Source: a virus. From it: a DNA stretch of 64,000 nucleotides. Both the position numbers and the translations under genes were made by a program. How positions within the stretch are numbered: the stretch's first letter is position 1; each line of letters starts with the position of its first letter. Of the stretch, positions 63,388-64,000 are shown one piece after another. The DNA lies in the IMG/VR virus record IMGVR_UViG_3300024054_000008, positions 32,001 through 96,000 of that record. One strand, written 5' to 3'. The notes beneath the pieces were generated by a model that did not search any database, was not told the DNA's origin, and was given only the letters and a program-made list of their open reading frames with translations.

Positions 63388-64000
63388 GATTCGTCCTGTC
63401 CAAAACCAAACATTACCGGACAACAAATCAAATGCAAAATATGTTGAATTTATTTGTGATTGCGGCAACACATTCAAGCGAAGATGGAGGTCATTCAAAG
63501 ATGGTAACAACAAATCTTGTGGAAAATGCAATATATTTCGGATACATAATACAAAACAAATCACATTCGGCAAACTTAAGTTATTACAACAAATAACAAA
63601 AGATAATAAATCATCTGATCTAATTAAGGCAATATGTAACTGTGGAACACATAAAACTATTAAAATAAAATCACTGTTAGAAGGTGTTGAAAGTTGTGGT
63701 TGTTCAAGATATAAAGAAATAAAACATCATGAGACAAAACCAATAAACCAATGGAAAGAAGAACTACCAGAATTGGTCATAGACGAATCAACGCCGCAAA
63801 ACCTAAGTAGAAAAAGTTCTCAAGTTTGCAAATTTAAATGTAAATGCGGAAGTGTTTATTCAAAGAGGTTTGAGCATTACAAACCAAATAAGAGTTCTTG
63901 TGGCAAATGCGATGAAATAATAATTAAAAATGGCGACAAAATAAATAATTTTACGTACGTAGGGCACAAACTAAAATTAAAAACTAAGTCGATTAAAAAA
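63386..64000 (+). CDS. Zn-ribbon repeat protein, probably another homing-endonuclease-type gene (3' truncated)
   Basis: Not in the ORF track. Manual translation is open for 205 codons to the window edge: FICDCG...KSCGKC, FGKLKL...ICNCG...ESCGC, FKCKCG...SSCGKC, like the 9485-11008 repeats. Confidence 0.75.
   Translation, partial: MIRPVQNQTLPDNKSNAKYVEFICDCGNTFKRRWRSFKDGNNKSCGKCNIFRIHNTKQITFGKLKLLQQITKDNKSSDLIKAICNCGTHKTIKIKSLLEGVESCGCSRYKEIKHHETKPINQWKEELPELVIDESTPQNLSRKSSQVCKFKCKCGSVYSKRFEHYKPNKSSCGKCDEIIIKNGDKINNFTYVGHKLKLKTKSIKK

Noticed and set aside
63388-63573. N-terminal extension of the 62791 ORF
   Set aside because: It is antisense to a clear Zn-ribbon ORF on the plus strand and reads as non-protein-like.
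1-64000. Stop-codon reassignment, as in some jumbo phages
   Set aside because: Known proteins are full length under the standard code, and TAG (nrdJ), TGA (capsid) and TAA all end genes at the expected positions.
1-64000. Eukaryotic giant virus or bacterial chromosome origin
   Set aside because: The terminase-portal-protease-HK97-type head module, SD sites, and sigma and NusG-like genes indicate a tailed bacteriophage.
1-64000. tRNA or rRNA genes
   Set aside because: Intergenic gaps are short and I recognised no cloverleaf or T-loop signature; a tRNAscan run would be needed to exclude them fully.

Overview
A 64 kb segment of a large, AT-rich tailed dsDNA bacteriophage (jumbo-type), mostly encoded on the minus strand and using the standard genetic code. 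Left part (about 2.7-28 kb): head and packaging module with an HK97-type major capsid protein, auxiliary head protein, acidic scaffold-like proteins, an intein-bearing prohead protease, a portal with three inteins, TerL, a TerS candidate and a BACON/Ig-like protein. Middle (31-52 kb): transcription, replication and repair genes, including sigma-region-4 and NusG-like proteins, a 5'-3' exonuclease, a complete bacterial-type clamp loader (DnaX, delta, delta-prime), a clamp-like protein, a TOPRIM primase, SbcD plus an orphan SbcC C-half, RecD2, a NAD-dependent ligase split into two divergent genes, and class II RNR with a Gln-terminated intein. Right part: an unusual sigma-like protein, a TPR-lytic transglycosylase, a PurZ-type (2-aminoadenine pathway) synthetase and a HEAT-repeat protein. 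Three paralogous genes fuse Zn-ribbon/repeat DNA-binding arms, a Vsr/DUF559-like nuclease and an apparently intact Mom-like GNAT domain; two further Zn-ribbon relatives are present (one partial). A recurrent [KR]-x-A-[SQD] peptide motif marks probable head-packaged proteins. I saw no tRNA, rRNA or CRISPR array. All family assignments are from motif recognition by eye, not database searches.
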